64,000 nt of DNA from Antedon mediterranea (taxonomy: Eukaryota > Animalia > Echinodermata). The notes beneath the pieces are model-generated. The model did not search any database, was not told the DNA's origin, and worked only from the letters and a program-made list of their open reading frames with translations. Below are positions 37,712 through 50,200 of this stretch, piece after piece. The stretch lies in assembly GCF_964355755.1 (NCBI RefSeq), contig NC_092670.1, forward strand, positions 6,562,201-6,626,200. The letters run 5' to 3'. Each line of letters starts with the position of its first letter. Position 1 is the stretch's first letter. Made by a program: the position numbers and the translations under genes.

Positions 37712-40700
37712 CAATTCATTTTGAATTATATTTTATAAAGCCGATTTTTGTTTTTGTCCTTTTCAAAGTATATTGAATAATGCACAAAAGTCTCCATTCC
37801 CTTCTCCATAATTTGTATTTATAATTGACAATTCCTCCTTTTCTCCTTAAAGTATCCCTCATTAAGTGTTTTTTGTTGTTGTGGTTAATATATAATAATC
37901 AATATTTTTTGCTTTTAAAAAATATTATAATGAACATTTGTATATGCACTTATTACGTTATTATTACTATTGTAATAGATTATGATATGAATATATAAAC
38001 ATTATTTTACAATTATGTTCGGTATATCTTTATTAAAAAAAAGTCAAATGACACAAACAGCCGATGGCTGAAACTGTAGTCGTACATTATAAATATAAAT
38101 ATACAATCATGATAAAAACAGGTAAAATATAACATATTTTAAAAAGTAGATCATCAAAATAACATTACAAAACATTAACTTCATTTAACAGTCTAACCAT
38201 AGTAGGAACAGGTGATTTCTTAAATCGCTCAGTTCGCTTTTCTAATATTTTAGTTAAATTAAATATTAGTATCATTAATACGTCTCAGTATAATAGCGTA
38301 ATGTCTATGTACATGCTCCTATAATTATATATCTGTATATACAATTACTATAAAATAATATTTTACCAAAAAATGTTTAAACTATATATTCAGATTAGCC
38401 CAATATTAGCCAATATTGTACAAAAATTGTATTAATAATGTATTATTCTGTATTACAGATACATTGTTTTGATAATCAATTTTAATTAGAATTATAGAAT
38501 ATAATGCTGTTTTGATGACCTCCTGATAATGTGTTTGTTGTTTTTGCTTTTTTAAATATGGATTATAAGATATATAAGATATTAAGACATGGATTAGACA
38601 GACATGCAGAGGTAATACTGTATAGCCTAACAATGTACTATATGGCAATATAATAATCTATTTTTTCATTTATGTTCGACACAAAAGGTATGCAATGGAT
38701 GATCTAGTTTTAAACATTCTAAAATACACCATACACCATCTTATCTTATCTTATTTGAAATCAGCTTCCCCTTTCTTATACGTCATTAAATATATCAAGC
38801 AATTTATTTCCAATTTCAATGTACTGTATTTCTTTAAAAAAAAATTGCATTTTGTAGTACTCGCGAACGTTGTTTTTCTGTCGTTTTTGTAAATAATTAT
38901 TCGATTTATGCTGGTACCGTTTCGTACTTTTGTTTTGTAACCGGTTACGTCACTGTTTTTATGGTTTGATGTGGGGCTCAGCCTTAAAGTTCATTAACGC
39001 GTTTGACCTCCATCTACACACATGTATCTTTTAATTTAATTTATCTATGATTTATTAGAATGAACAACTGTATTATTTGATGTGTGTGTGTGGAAAATTT
39101 AATAAACGAACAAACAAACAATGTGCTGTTTGGTGATATGTTTGATTTTGTTTTGTAGTCTTTGTACTTGTCTCGTTCGTTACACCTGAAATAAAATTAG
39201 CGCCGCGGGTAACTAGCCAATTGTGGCATTGTAAATAAATTATCACGTATTAAGGCAGCTACACTGAAAGTGAAACATGTCGCCGTACATGTACAAAAAC
39301 TACAGATACGAATTACATCTTCTTTATTCGTATTGGAAACAAAACCTTATAAGAATTTTACATCTACTGAAGATGAGTGTTCATGATTTGTTTGTGCAAT
39401 GATGTGGTGTTTCAATAAATCGTTGGGTGACGATTTGGAAGACACTACCAGTGTTCAAATCGTACTCGACTTGCATGTCATGTTTACCTTTATATTTCAT
39501 AAGTCGCCTACAACTAACAAACCAGTTCAGCTGTGAGCGAATTAAGACAGTGAACTTCATCGTCATCAAACTCGTTTTCTTGGATTAAAGGACTAAACCA
39601 GTCTATTTGCATGAACAATGTTCGCTGCACAAAAAACATGGTACATTAAAAAAAAAAGGTAACTACCTACTGTAGTAATGGTGCACATGCAGCCACTGTC
39701 TTGGGCAGAGGCGAGGACGTCATAAGAGCAGAATAAATAAAGAAGAATAAACCCAACGGCTATATGTAGTTTGCTTTGGTGGAGTAAAAGAAAAGCTTTA
39801 AATTGGAATAAAATTGATAATTTAAATTGATAGTAATAAATAAGAAAGCTCTTCCTTGGCTCTTCCTGGTCTTCATTACATAAAGAATAAATTGTACCAT
39901 TATCCAAATGCATACAATCAGTGATATGTATAAATACAAAATTGCTCCCCTTTGATTATTGTAATGTTTTATTGTAATAACCAAACACTTAAAAAAAAGG
40001 GCTTTGTTAAAATCACAGCAATTAATTACAAGATATGATTCAAGTTATAGCAATGTGGTAAAACGAGTATTAAAAAAAACATTTTATAAAATGTGTAACT
40101 CCGAGTAACCCTTTGATGTTGCATGACTTCCTTGTACATATCGACTTTCTATTTTCTATTTTATGATGTTTTCTACAGAATATTCAAAAGAATAAAAAGG
40201 AAGCTACAGGAAGTTCATAAGGAAGTAATAGGTTTATATTATCTATTTAGTATTTCTAGGTTCAAATTGAATCCTACATATCCAATAAGTATTATACACT
40301 ATTCCTTTGTACTTTCAAAGAAGAAATGTAAGATACACAATGTGACCCCTTGAGCATATTAATCCTTTCAACCCCCTGGTACTGGCTAAACAAATCAAAT
40401 CAAGGTAAGGATTTATAAAAGAGTATACATTACTTTATTATTTCCTGGTTCAAACAACGTTCTGTTCATCTCAAAAGTGTCAAACTATGTTGAAGATATT
40501 ATCTTCTTTGCATTTATATGAAATTTTACTAACCTTTCTGAATTTTTAATTCTGTCAATTCCCAAAGTGAGTATTTTTCTTTTTTAAAGCTTTTATTTCG
40601 GAATGTCTGGTTCATAGAAAATAATTATAATACGCTCGCCTACCATCTAGGTCGTGTCCACAGCTGACGGTGCTCACCTATTAAGTGGATACATTTTGGG

Positions 40701-41057
40701 ACCCAACAAATTGCCACTGGATAGAGATTTTAGCAGAAAAAATAATATAACAAAATGATAAATAATCGATCCGGACTCAAGAAATTGAGAACAATTAAAC
40801 ATTTAGCAATCAACGCGGTATCACTCACAGTTTATATATATTTAGTATTTCTTGGTGGTTCAAATTGAATCCTACATTATTCAAAGGTGTTTTGAAAGGC
40901 TACGATTCAAAATAAACACGTCACAATGCAAACTATAATGCATTATTCTTTGTAACTGTCTACGTTCGTCTACAAAACAGCAACATAAAACCATTTGAGC
41001 ATATTAATCCTTTGAACCTCCTGGTACCTATTTAAACATTTCAGATCAAGATAAACG

Positions 41058-41095
41058 TATATAAAGCACTATTTCTACATTTTATTTATTAGTTC
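41058..41095 (+). promoter_or_regulatory. Putative TATA box and Inr-like element of gene 2
   Basis: TATATAAA at 41058 and TTAGTT about 30 nt downstream, ~145 nt before the signal-peptide ATG. The paralogous copy has TATAAAA at 40414. The AT-rich background weakens the call. Confidence 0.3.
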
Positions 41096-41235
41096 CTCGT
41101 ACATACAACTTTGTATACATTCAACATACACACACACACACATCAAAACTATGTTGAAGATATTGTTTTGAGTAAAACAATTTTAGTTTTATTGTATCAG
41201 ACGATTAGTTTACCTACATCTATATTTACAGGAAA

Positions 41236-41293
41236 ATGTTACTAACATTTCTGATTTTGATACTTGGAATTTCTAATCTTGTTCATTCACAAA
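41236..41293 (+). CDS. Gene 2 signal-peptide exon
   Basis: AAAATG start; MLLTFLILILGISNLVHSQ followed by strong phase-1 donor A|GTGAGT. Confidence 0.7.
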
Positions 41294-44200
41294 GTGAGTA
41301 TTTTCTTTCTAGTTAGACTTTAATCAATATCTTGATCTGGTCGTGAGCATTTTAATGTTTGTAGTCATGTTCCAGAACACTTTATAATGTTTGTAAACAA
41401 ACATTTGTAATGCAAGCCAATGAACAAAAGTAGTTAGTTTTCATGGCGGTCACCTATGTTAAGTCAAACAAACCTTTATTTTTAGTGAGTCAAAATGTCA
41501 AAATTCAATAACATGTAACCGTTCTACACGTAAAACGAAAGAAATACAGCATCGACTTAGTGTTTGGAGTAGATGGCTGCAGACAGATAATATAGAGAGT
41601 TCAAATGAAATAGTTGGCTTATATAGATATGTTACTATCATTCCTATTAACGTTGGAATAAAAATAAAATAATAAACTTAGTTTTTTAAAAACTGGCAGT
41701 GGTCGAGCCTGATCTTCCCTTTTTGGTATAGTAACTCAGTTTGAAGTTAGGCACTTTATTGATTCCCTCGACTGGCTGTGGATAATAACACACAGATTAA
41801 AAAACTTGGGGAATCTTCAACCTGAATTGAATAGATTTGAAGTTAAGTTGTATCTAAATCTGAAATATCTGAATTTGCAAGGAATAAGTTTAAATACAAT
41901 TTATTTCGGAACGTACAAGGAGGACCTGCCTGCACTTAATAGGTTGAGAGTTAAGTCAAGTCAAGTCAAATAAATTTATTGTCATATAAAAACATTTACA
42001 TTGAAATGAATTGAATGGTTTCGGCTAACAACAAATAAATATTACTTAAACTACATTATTTATAGAAATTCTTGATTTTCGTAAAAACTAAACCTACTCT
42101 GTTTCACACTGTCTCAGATGATTAATACAATTTTAAAGTATACTATGTATTGTTTGTCAGGGCCCGTATAGGAGGAGGTGAGGAGGCGGAGTTCATTTAA
42201 GGGAGGTGCTTATTCGAGGATACGTTTAATTTTTTAGTTGTAATAATAGGGTAACATTTATAATCAAATAGAATCCTCTAATAGATATGAAATTGGTAAA
42301 AAGAATAACAAATGCTTGGTAAATTGTAAATAACAGTCCGATGAATTCTATAGTATAATTGTGTTATAAATATAATACAATATTGTGTTTTTGTTGTGTG
42401 TATAAATGTGGATGGGCGGTTCTAAGTGATATTTTATTGGAGAGGTGTTGGCTGCTTATTCAAATAAATACCATCCTAATTGGTATAATTAAAACATTAT
42501 TTAGTTAGTTAGAAACTAACTTCCGCGGCACAGTGAGCCGTTTCGTTTCGGCCTAAGAAAGAAGACGTTAAACGGCTTGTAATGGGGGAGGGCCGTACGC
42601 GTGAAAGAGGGGTGGGTTTGGGAGGGGGTGGGTTTGGGAGTGGGTGTCCCCCCCCCCATCGTGTCCCCCTCCCGAGCCTCAGAAAATTTTGAAAAAAATA
42701 GATGCTTACACACTGTTTAATAGGCTAGAGCAACTGTTTCCATTACATTTAATAACAATGTCACATAATGTAAATTTAAATAAATCCTTCCTAAATACTC
42801 TAATACGGATCTTTTTCGACGAACTAATAATAAACTTTGATCGAAAAACACTTCATTTGGTAATGCGGCACTCCGAAAATGCCTCGATAGTGCATGTGTT
42901 TAGTGTACGACTGTGCTTTGGTGGTCTGTTTAACCTCAGATATATACCCTATAGCCGGGTGAATAACTCAATGTAATTTAGTATACAATGATTGCCGTAA
43001 TCGCCGTGTCTATAACACAAATCAATAAAATGCCAAATACGCCACACACGTTTTTTCGGCCGTGTACATAGAACAAGACATTTCATGTTTATGTCATGCC
43101 TATGAAATAATAATAAAAAAAGAACATCATGTTTCTCATATTTGTTATCGTTTATACTGCATACCATTATATAAAAAACCTTCATACCCGAGAAAAAAGT
43201 TCACGATATTACACTCTACTCTGTACAGGGGTGTAAATATACAGGTCCACGCTAACGCTTGCACACGGACCAGGGCGGAAAATGGTGTATATTTGGAGAG
43301 TGATGACGTCAGAATTCACACGAGGAGCGCGCTAAGACAACGTGATGCTGGTAGTGGGAGCATGCATGTGTTTTGAAAATAACTCAGTTGTGTGTATTTT
43401 CCAAAGATTTTAAATCGCGTTTTCTTTTTAAACTCTTGAATTCATAAATAGTAATTAAACTCTTACCTCTTTCACTATGTAGGCCTATTTACAGAACTAT
43501 AGCTCTAGCCTAGTCTTCTTAATTAAAATAGTCAAGTGCGTCGAATCCGCGTCTAGCGACGGTCGCGGGTTTGGTGCATCTTTTTTTCCCTTTAGAATTA
43601 AAGTGGGTGGCTAGCCACCATATTCACCCCCTAGATCGAGATTTATGCGCGAAAAGAAACGTGACCATACCCTGTTTTATGGTTAGGGCCAACCGCTTCC
43701 TTTTTCCCAATCGAACCCCCACCCAAACCCCTTTAATCGACAGCGAACATATACGCGGTACACCAACCGTGAGAACCTAACTCGTACCTTTATCCCTGTA
43801 TGAATGTACGTCGATGCGTAGTTGCAAATGAATTTCCGATTTTCGCCTGGAATCTGAAAAATACACATTTTGGTTTCATTTTGTTTAGCCCTTCTACTGT
43901 ACCTTCACATGCGCGGTCCGAAAATAAAAAAAAAACTTAAATGGCTATCGCCATCAACGGCAAACTTAAAACCTGGAAATTGCAAGGTGATGACTCAACG
44001 TGAACCCGGAAATGACTTCTACCACGTACGATTGAAAATTTACCGATGAAATCAGAAATGTTGTTTTAAAACATTTTATAATATCTTCCTAAGATAGAAA
44101 TATGCAACAATATCGTAATAGTGAGAACTAATGTTATCAAATCTACGTTTCGCAGTACATCTGAGATAGATGAGGTAGGTAACCTAGACGGACATTTGTC

Positions 44201-47200
44201 CCGAAGTTTTTCCATTACAGTAGTGGTCTGGTACCAAAAAGCAGATTGTTCTTCATTTTCTCTTACTTTCTTTGTGTTAATTTTGTTTTTCCTTTTTTTG
44301 TTATTAGATAATGAACGTTCAATTATTGACTGCCCCACAAATGTCACTTCAAATAATTACATCGGAGGAGTATCTGGACTAATAAATATCCAAACAGACC
44401 AAAAAAGTCCAAATGCAACAGTTACGTGGGATCCTCCTGTGACAAGTGGCAATGGAACAGTGACTGTGGTGTCATCACCATATGAGTCTGGTGACATGAT
44501 TCCAATTGGAACTCACACAATCACCTTTACAGCAACTGATCTCTTTGGCAATAATGGAACATGTGACTTTGTTATCAAGGTAGAAGGTAAATTATTAAAA
44601 ACCTATAAAAGTATTTATCGTAATATAGAACAAAAATAGTAATACAAGATAAACTAAACATCAATTATAAATGTGATTAAACCACGATAATACAGTTTTT
44701 TTTATAACCTAATAACAATGTTACTATGTAAAAATTAAATGGAAAAATAACATATAACATTAATCTACAGACAGAAAGTTGTAAAATTATGTCATTAAAC
44801 GCTTCTGTTTTCCATACTTCAGGAAGTATTGGCCGGCCGGCAGTCTTGTTCGTTTTAAGGCCTTTAATTAAGAACTATTTTGAGTTCAGCTTCTGTGAAG
44901 TTTCCTAGTTTTATTTGGAGGTTTTCTTCTATTATCGTTTTTATTGGTTCGTCTGACACTGTAGGAGTTTTGCCAAGGAGATTAGAGAAATATGTCTTCT
45001 ATTTATCAAGGCGTTCCTGTTGACTATCTGCTTTGAGTTTTGCTTTATTTGATTTCTTTCTTCCACTAATGTCGTTTATTATTTTCCAAACCAGGGAGGA
45101 TTGTCTATTTGCATGGGCATTGTTTATATCGTCGATTCTATCTTGGACATATTTAGATTGTTCAGATTCGTAAGTGTCAACAAGGTCTTTTTGAGCATCA
45201 GCAAAAGACTTTTCGCTATCCCTCGTCGGGAAGGCGTTTTTTCTGATAGTGGCAGATAGTGTCTCGAGTATTTTGGTTGGATAGAGCTGACCAGTCGTAA
45301 GATAGTGATGTTGATTTTGTTGCTTTGTTAGCTAAGACTAAGGCGTATTTTTGTTGAAACAATCCTGTGATCTGAGCTCACTCCTTCAAACGTATTATAT
45401 GCCTCACTATTGACGATGCTGTTAATCCATTTCTTATTTACAAGCATATAATCGAGTTGGGCTTTCATTCCGTGAGGGTATGTATGTGTCCACAGCTTTG
45501 ATGGTTTCTTTTGGAAATTGGTGTTTAGACTGATGAGATCATTTTCATCGGCGAAGTCTTGTAGATATTGACCGTTTCGATTTGTTTCATAGTGGTAAGT
45601 AAACAGATGATTTTCTTTTCCAAGTTGTACATTCATAACACCTCCCATTACCAAAACATTATGTTTAGGGATATTTCGAACAAGTGAAGAGAGGGCTTTG
45701 TAAAAGTCCTCAACATCATCCTCAAGGCTAGTGTTGGTTGGACTGTAGCACGAAATAACGGTTGTTGCAGGATTTCCGTTAAAAGAAGCAATGATTATTC
45801 GAGGGAGGATCATTTCGATATTACTCAAAGATCTCTGGGCGTTGGGACTTAGAAGGATTCCAACACCACCGATGGAAGCAGTCATATTGTTCTTCCAAGC
45901 AGAAGCTGAGATAAATGTCCAGCCTTTGCCAACATCGTGGTTTTTAAGTGTCAAGTCATCGTGAAAGAAGCGGTGTTCCTGTATGCAGAAAATTTCGATG
46001 TGAAAAGAATTGCAGAGGCAACGAGTTCATGAAGTTGATTTATGGTGTTCAGAGTTCGAACGTTGAACTTTGAGAAGGTTGTCGTCCTCTTACATTTTAT
46101 AAAGTGTTATTGTGACTTTGTAGTTGATTTTTCGAGCACTGAGTCAAAGTCGTACCATCAGTAGAACGCGCCCCCTGGTAACCCGCGCGACTGGGGATGC
46201 GGTATGTTGTGGGGTTTCGAGTACAAGTCATCATATTACTTTCGGTGGCTATGTACTACTAGGATACGCCAGGTCTCTAGCAGTGCAGTACTTCCTTTAC
46301 AAAGTTGTTTTGCCTTTGCCGTTGTGCATGAAGCATCCGCCGCCAACGCAAAATGGAAACTTGGCCAGAATAACTATTTGTTGTTATCTGCCAAAAGAAT
46401 CCAACCATCATCCTGCGGCCAATGACTTCACCTTAACCCTGACAGGGCAGCTGCCGGGTGCTACGCCTTGCTGAAGGGCAACCCGTGATTTTCTCCGGGA
46501 CTGCTTATCTTATATTCGCAGCTAACCTCCATATCTGAAGTCCGTAATCCCCAATCGGCAACATGGGGACCCGGTGGATGGGAGTCTTTTCCGCACCACA
46601 AATAATAATATGTTAATATGTCTATTTTGTGCCTTATAGTATATCCATATAATACTGTATATATCTACAGTGTAGCATAGTTGAAATTACTGGACCCACC
46701 TTTTATTCAAATTGTTTAAAGAACAGTTTCGGAAGATAATTGTTTAGCAACAACACATTAAAATGTTTAAGGAATGATGATACATAGTATCTAGATGCGC
46801 GCTCTTTTAAATGTGATGAACTATGACGTAAAAGATGAAAATCCGACTTTTTTTTTATTAAACTGGCCATATGATGACGTCACAACATCCGATTGGTAAA
46901 ATGTTTACATGAATTCTACAATTCAACAGCTTCCAGAAGACTATCACTTTTTATTCTGACAAGTTAAAACATGTTGAAATTTACTGTAAAGATGAAAATA
47001 AGTGATCCACGTTATTCAATGCTAGTATTTAAGCATATATCCACAAACTTTATTAAGATTAGGCCTATATGTTTAAGAATATTTGCTACATTTTGTATTC
47101 TCTCTTATAAGATTGATATGATTTATGCTACGGTAGACCTAAGGTAAAATAAGCTTTCGTCACTGACATGAACATCCTAAATTTAATTGTAGATGCAACA

Positions 47201-50200
47201 GCAGAATTACAATCAGAGACTACTAACTCAACGATGGAAAATGGTAAGTACAATCTTACAGCATTTGTATATTTCATAAATTAATCACATTAGTGTAATG
47301 ATTTTCAATAGAGAGGTTTCGCAATCTTACGAATACGATAACGAAAACGGATACGTCACGCACACGTATTCGTTTTCGTAAGCCATAAAAAAATCTGTTT
47401 CGCATGGCAACGAAATATTGAGGCGCGTCCAAAATATGACTGCGGTAAATTTGAGCGAAGCGCAGGTACGTGTTGCTTGGTGCTTGGCTGCCTAGGCCTA
47501 GCGTAACATCAAAGCGAGTGAGGACTTTAAAAACTGTTATTTATCTAAATTGACCTGGCATTTTAGTAAATTACTTTAGTAAATTACTTTCAATAAATCT
47601 ATAATTATATTATAATCATGAATCATTCCTAATTCAAATGCAAAATGTACAAAATAGATCAAAAACTATACTCGTTTTGTAGTTACGAATATGACTGGTG
47701 ATATTCGTCAACACGAATACGCTTTACAAATATGAAATGGGGATCAGCTCAAAAGTTTCACAAATGTATGACGTATCCGTTTTCGTTATCGTATTCGTAA
47801 GGTTGCGAAACCTCCCTATTGTGTGTTAATAGGGAGGTTTTGCAACACTACGAATACGATAACGGAAACGGAAACGTCACGCACACGTATTCGTTTTCGT
47901 AGGCCAGTAAAAATCTGTTTCGCATGGCAACGAATATTGAGGGCGCCGTTCAAATATTATGACTGCGGTAAATTTGAACGAAGCGCATGTACATGTTTCT
48001 TGACTGCCTAGGCCTAGCGTAACATCAAAGCGTAGTAGTTACAAATATGACTACTGATATTCGTCAACACGAAAACGCTTTACGAATATGAAATGGGGAT
48101 CAGCTCAAAAGTTTCACAAATATATGACGTATCCGTTTTTGTTATCGTATTCGTAAGCTTGCGAAACCTCCCTAATAACATTACCAAACGTATATATAAA
48201 CTTTCTATACCATTAAGTAAACATTTTAGAAGTTAACAACCGATTTACCGAAATGTGTCTTTTATATATTGATACGTTTCTATTTGAAGGTAGCTGTGTA
48301 GGCAAATGTGGTAGGTGGGACAAAAACTGTTATTGTGATAACGCCTGTGAAGGACTTAACGACTGTTGTCCGGACTATTTATTGCTGTGTCAAAGTAAGT
48401 ATTTACATTTATATATCCTTATATAATGTAATATGTAAATTCTTTTATTAAATTTCAAACCGCCTGGTCATATAGTGAAAATTAATTAATTATTCAATTT
48501 GAAACGATAAGAAAACTACAGTTTCTATATATAAATTTACGTAAGGGCAAAATTCGGTAAATCGCGCCTTACTTCTAGAATGTTTACTCGATGGTATATA
48601 AAGTTGGTTCGTACTTTCGGTACTGATTTTAAGCACCTGATGAAACCCTGTTTACTAATTGAATTAAGTTAGATAATTAGTTATTGACGATTAAAACGAA
48701 TTTAGGTTCAACGATTTGCCCCAAATAGGGGTGTTTTCCGATCGTGGTATACACTGTCTAATGGATGTCCATCTTGAAAAATACCCGCCACATAAATGCG
48801 AGGAGGCTTCGCATTTTTCCTATTTTGGAATTTGTGTTTTGTATGTAACATTAGGGTTGAGGGATGGGAAAGTGGATAGGTGCAAAGAGGAACAAATTTT
48901 AAATATATTCTTTATCCACTCAGTAACGAAATATTTTTTTCATGTTTTATAGGCCTATAAATAATATACCTCTAAATACAGTAAAACATTTGCGATTTAA
49001 TACTTTGTTAAAACTGTCACATCGATTGAAATATTAAAGTCACGATACACCACTACGACGTTTATATTTTTGGTAATTATGAATTAATACAAACGTTGAG
49101 AAGGAACTGTCAGTATAAAGTTTATTTGTATATAATAATGTGTTTATATATTTAACAGTAGAGCCTATCCACAATCTCATTAATAAGTTTATTTGTAAAT
49201 ATTTTTATATTACATCTAACAGTACGAACATTCACAGTAAGAAATGTTCGATTCAAATGAGGACCAAAAATAGTATTTACAGTATTGTTCAAGTTTATTC
49301 TCAAAGGGCCCATATATTTACCTACCGTATGTGTTAAACCAAGGGCTCATAAATTTACCTACTTGTGTTAAACCAAACTCTACCAGACTGAGAGATTGGG
49401 ATGTTCCATTCATCGCAATCAATACATTTGTATAATCGTATATTAAATCTATCAAAATAGTATTTTTTAAAGAAAATCGGCCTGTCTTCAACATTATGAT
49501 GCTGTACTCTAGCTGTTCAACCGGTTTTCAGCTATTAAAAACAATTATCGTAGGAGGAGATAGGAAAATGCGAAGCCTCCTCGCATTTTTGTGGCGGGTA
49601 TTTTTCAAGATGGACATCCATTAGACAGTGTATACCACGATCGGAAAACACCCCTATTTGAGGCAAATCGTTGAACCTAAATTCGTGTTAATCGTCAATA
49701 ACTAATTATCTAACTCAATTTAATTAGTAAACAGGGTTACATCAGGTGGTTAAAATTAGTACCAAAAGTACGAACCAACTTTATATACCATCGAGTAAAC
49801 ATTCTAGAAGTAACGCGCGATTTACCAAATTTTGCCCTTACGTAAATTTATATATAGATGTCCCTTGCTAAAAACTGGATATAATATGGACAACTCATTA
49901 CTAATTAAATTATTATATGTTAGATTAAATAAATAATTATGAAATCAATTTACATTAAAATGTAATCGATTGTCTTATTAAATATAAGTAAATTGTTGAG
50001 ACCTAAATAATTACTATTTTAATTTTCAAACATACCTTAATAATAATCGACTACGATAGGTGATAAGTCAACTTAAAGTCACATCCATGTTTTTTTAAAT
50101 ACTGAAACCTTTTGAAGTATAGTAGGTTGGTTTAATGCTATTCTTAATCTAATCATGAAGATTAGTAGTTGTTTTTTCCCGTAGATTATTTTGCTTACTA

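Larger units (their letters stand above)
40250..41310 (+). repeat. Diverged tandem duplication of gene 2 promoter/first-exon region (~40250-40580 and ~40850-41310)
   Basis: Shared blocks in the same order: GGTTCAAATTGAATCCTACAT, TTGAGCATATTAATCCTTT, AAACTATGTTGAAGATATT, TTACTAAC.TTTCTGA, CAAAGTGAGTATTTT. Confidence 0.75.

Noticed and set aside
37990-38040. Polyadenylation signal of gene 1 (ATTAAA at 38032)
   Set aside because: Indistinguishable from the AT-rich background without 3'-end data.
42516-43868. ORFs in the duplicated 2-kb element (also 62559-63807)
   Set aside because: No recognisable domains; indels between the two copies disrupt the frames.
46929-47005. Acceptor-like ATTCAACAG|CTT identical to the CUB acceptor
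   Set aside because: The phase-1 frame hits TAA within about 12 codons and no good donor follows.
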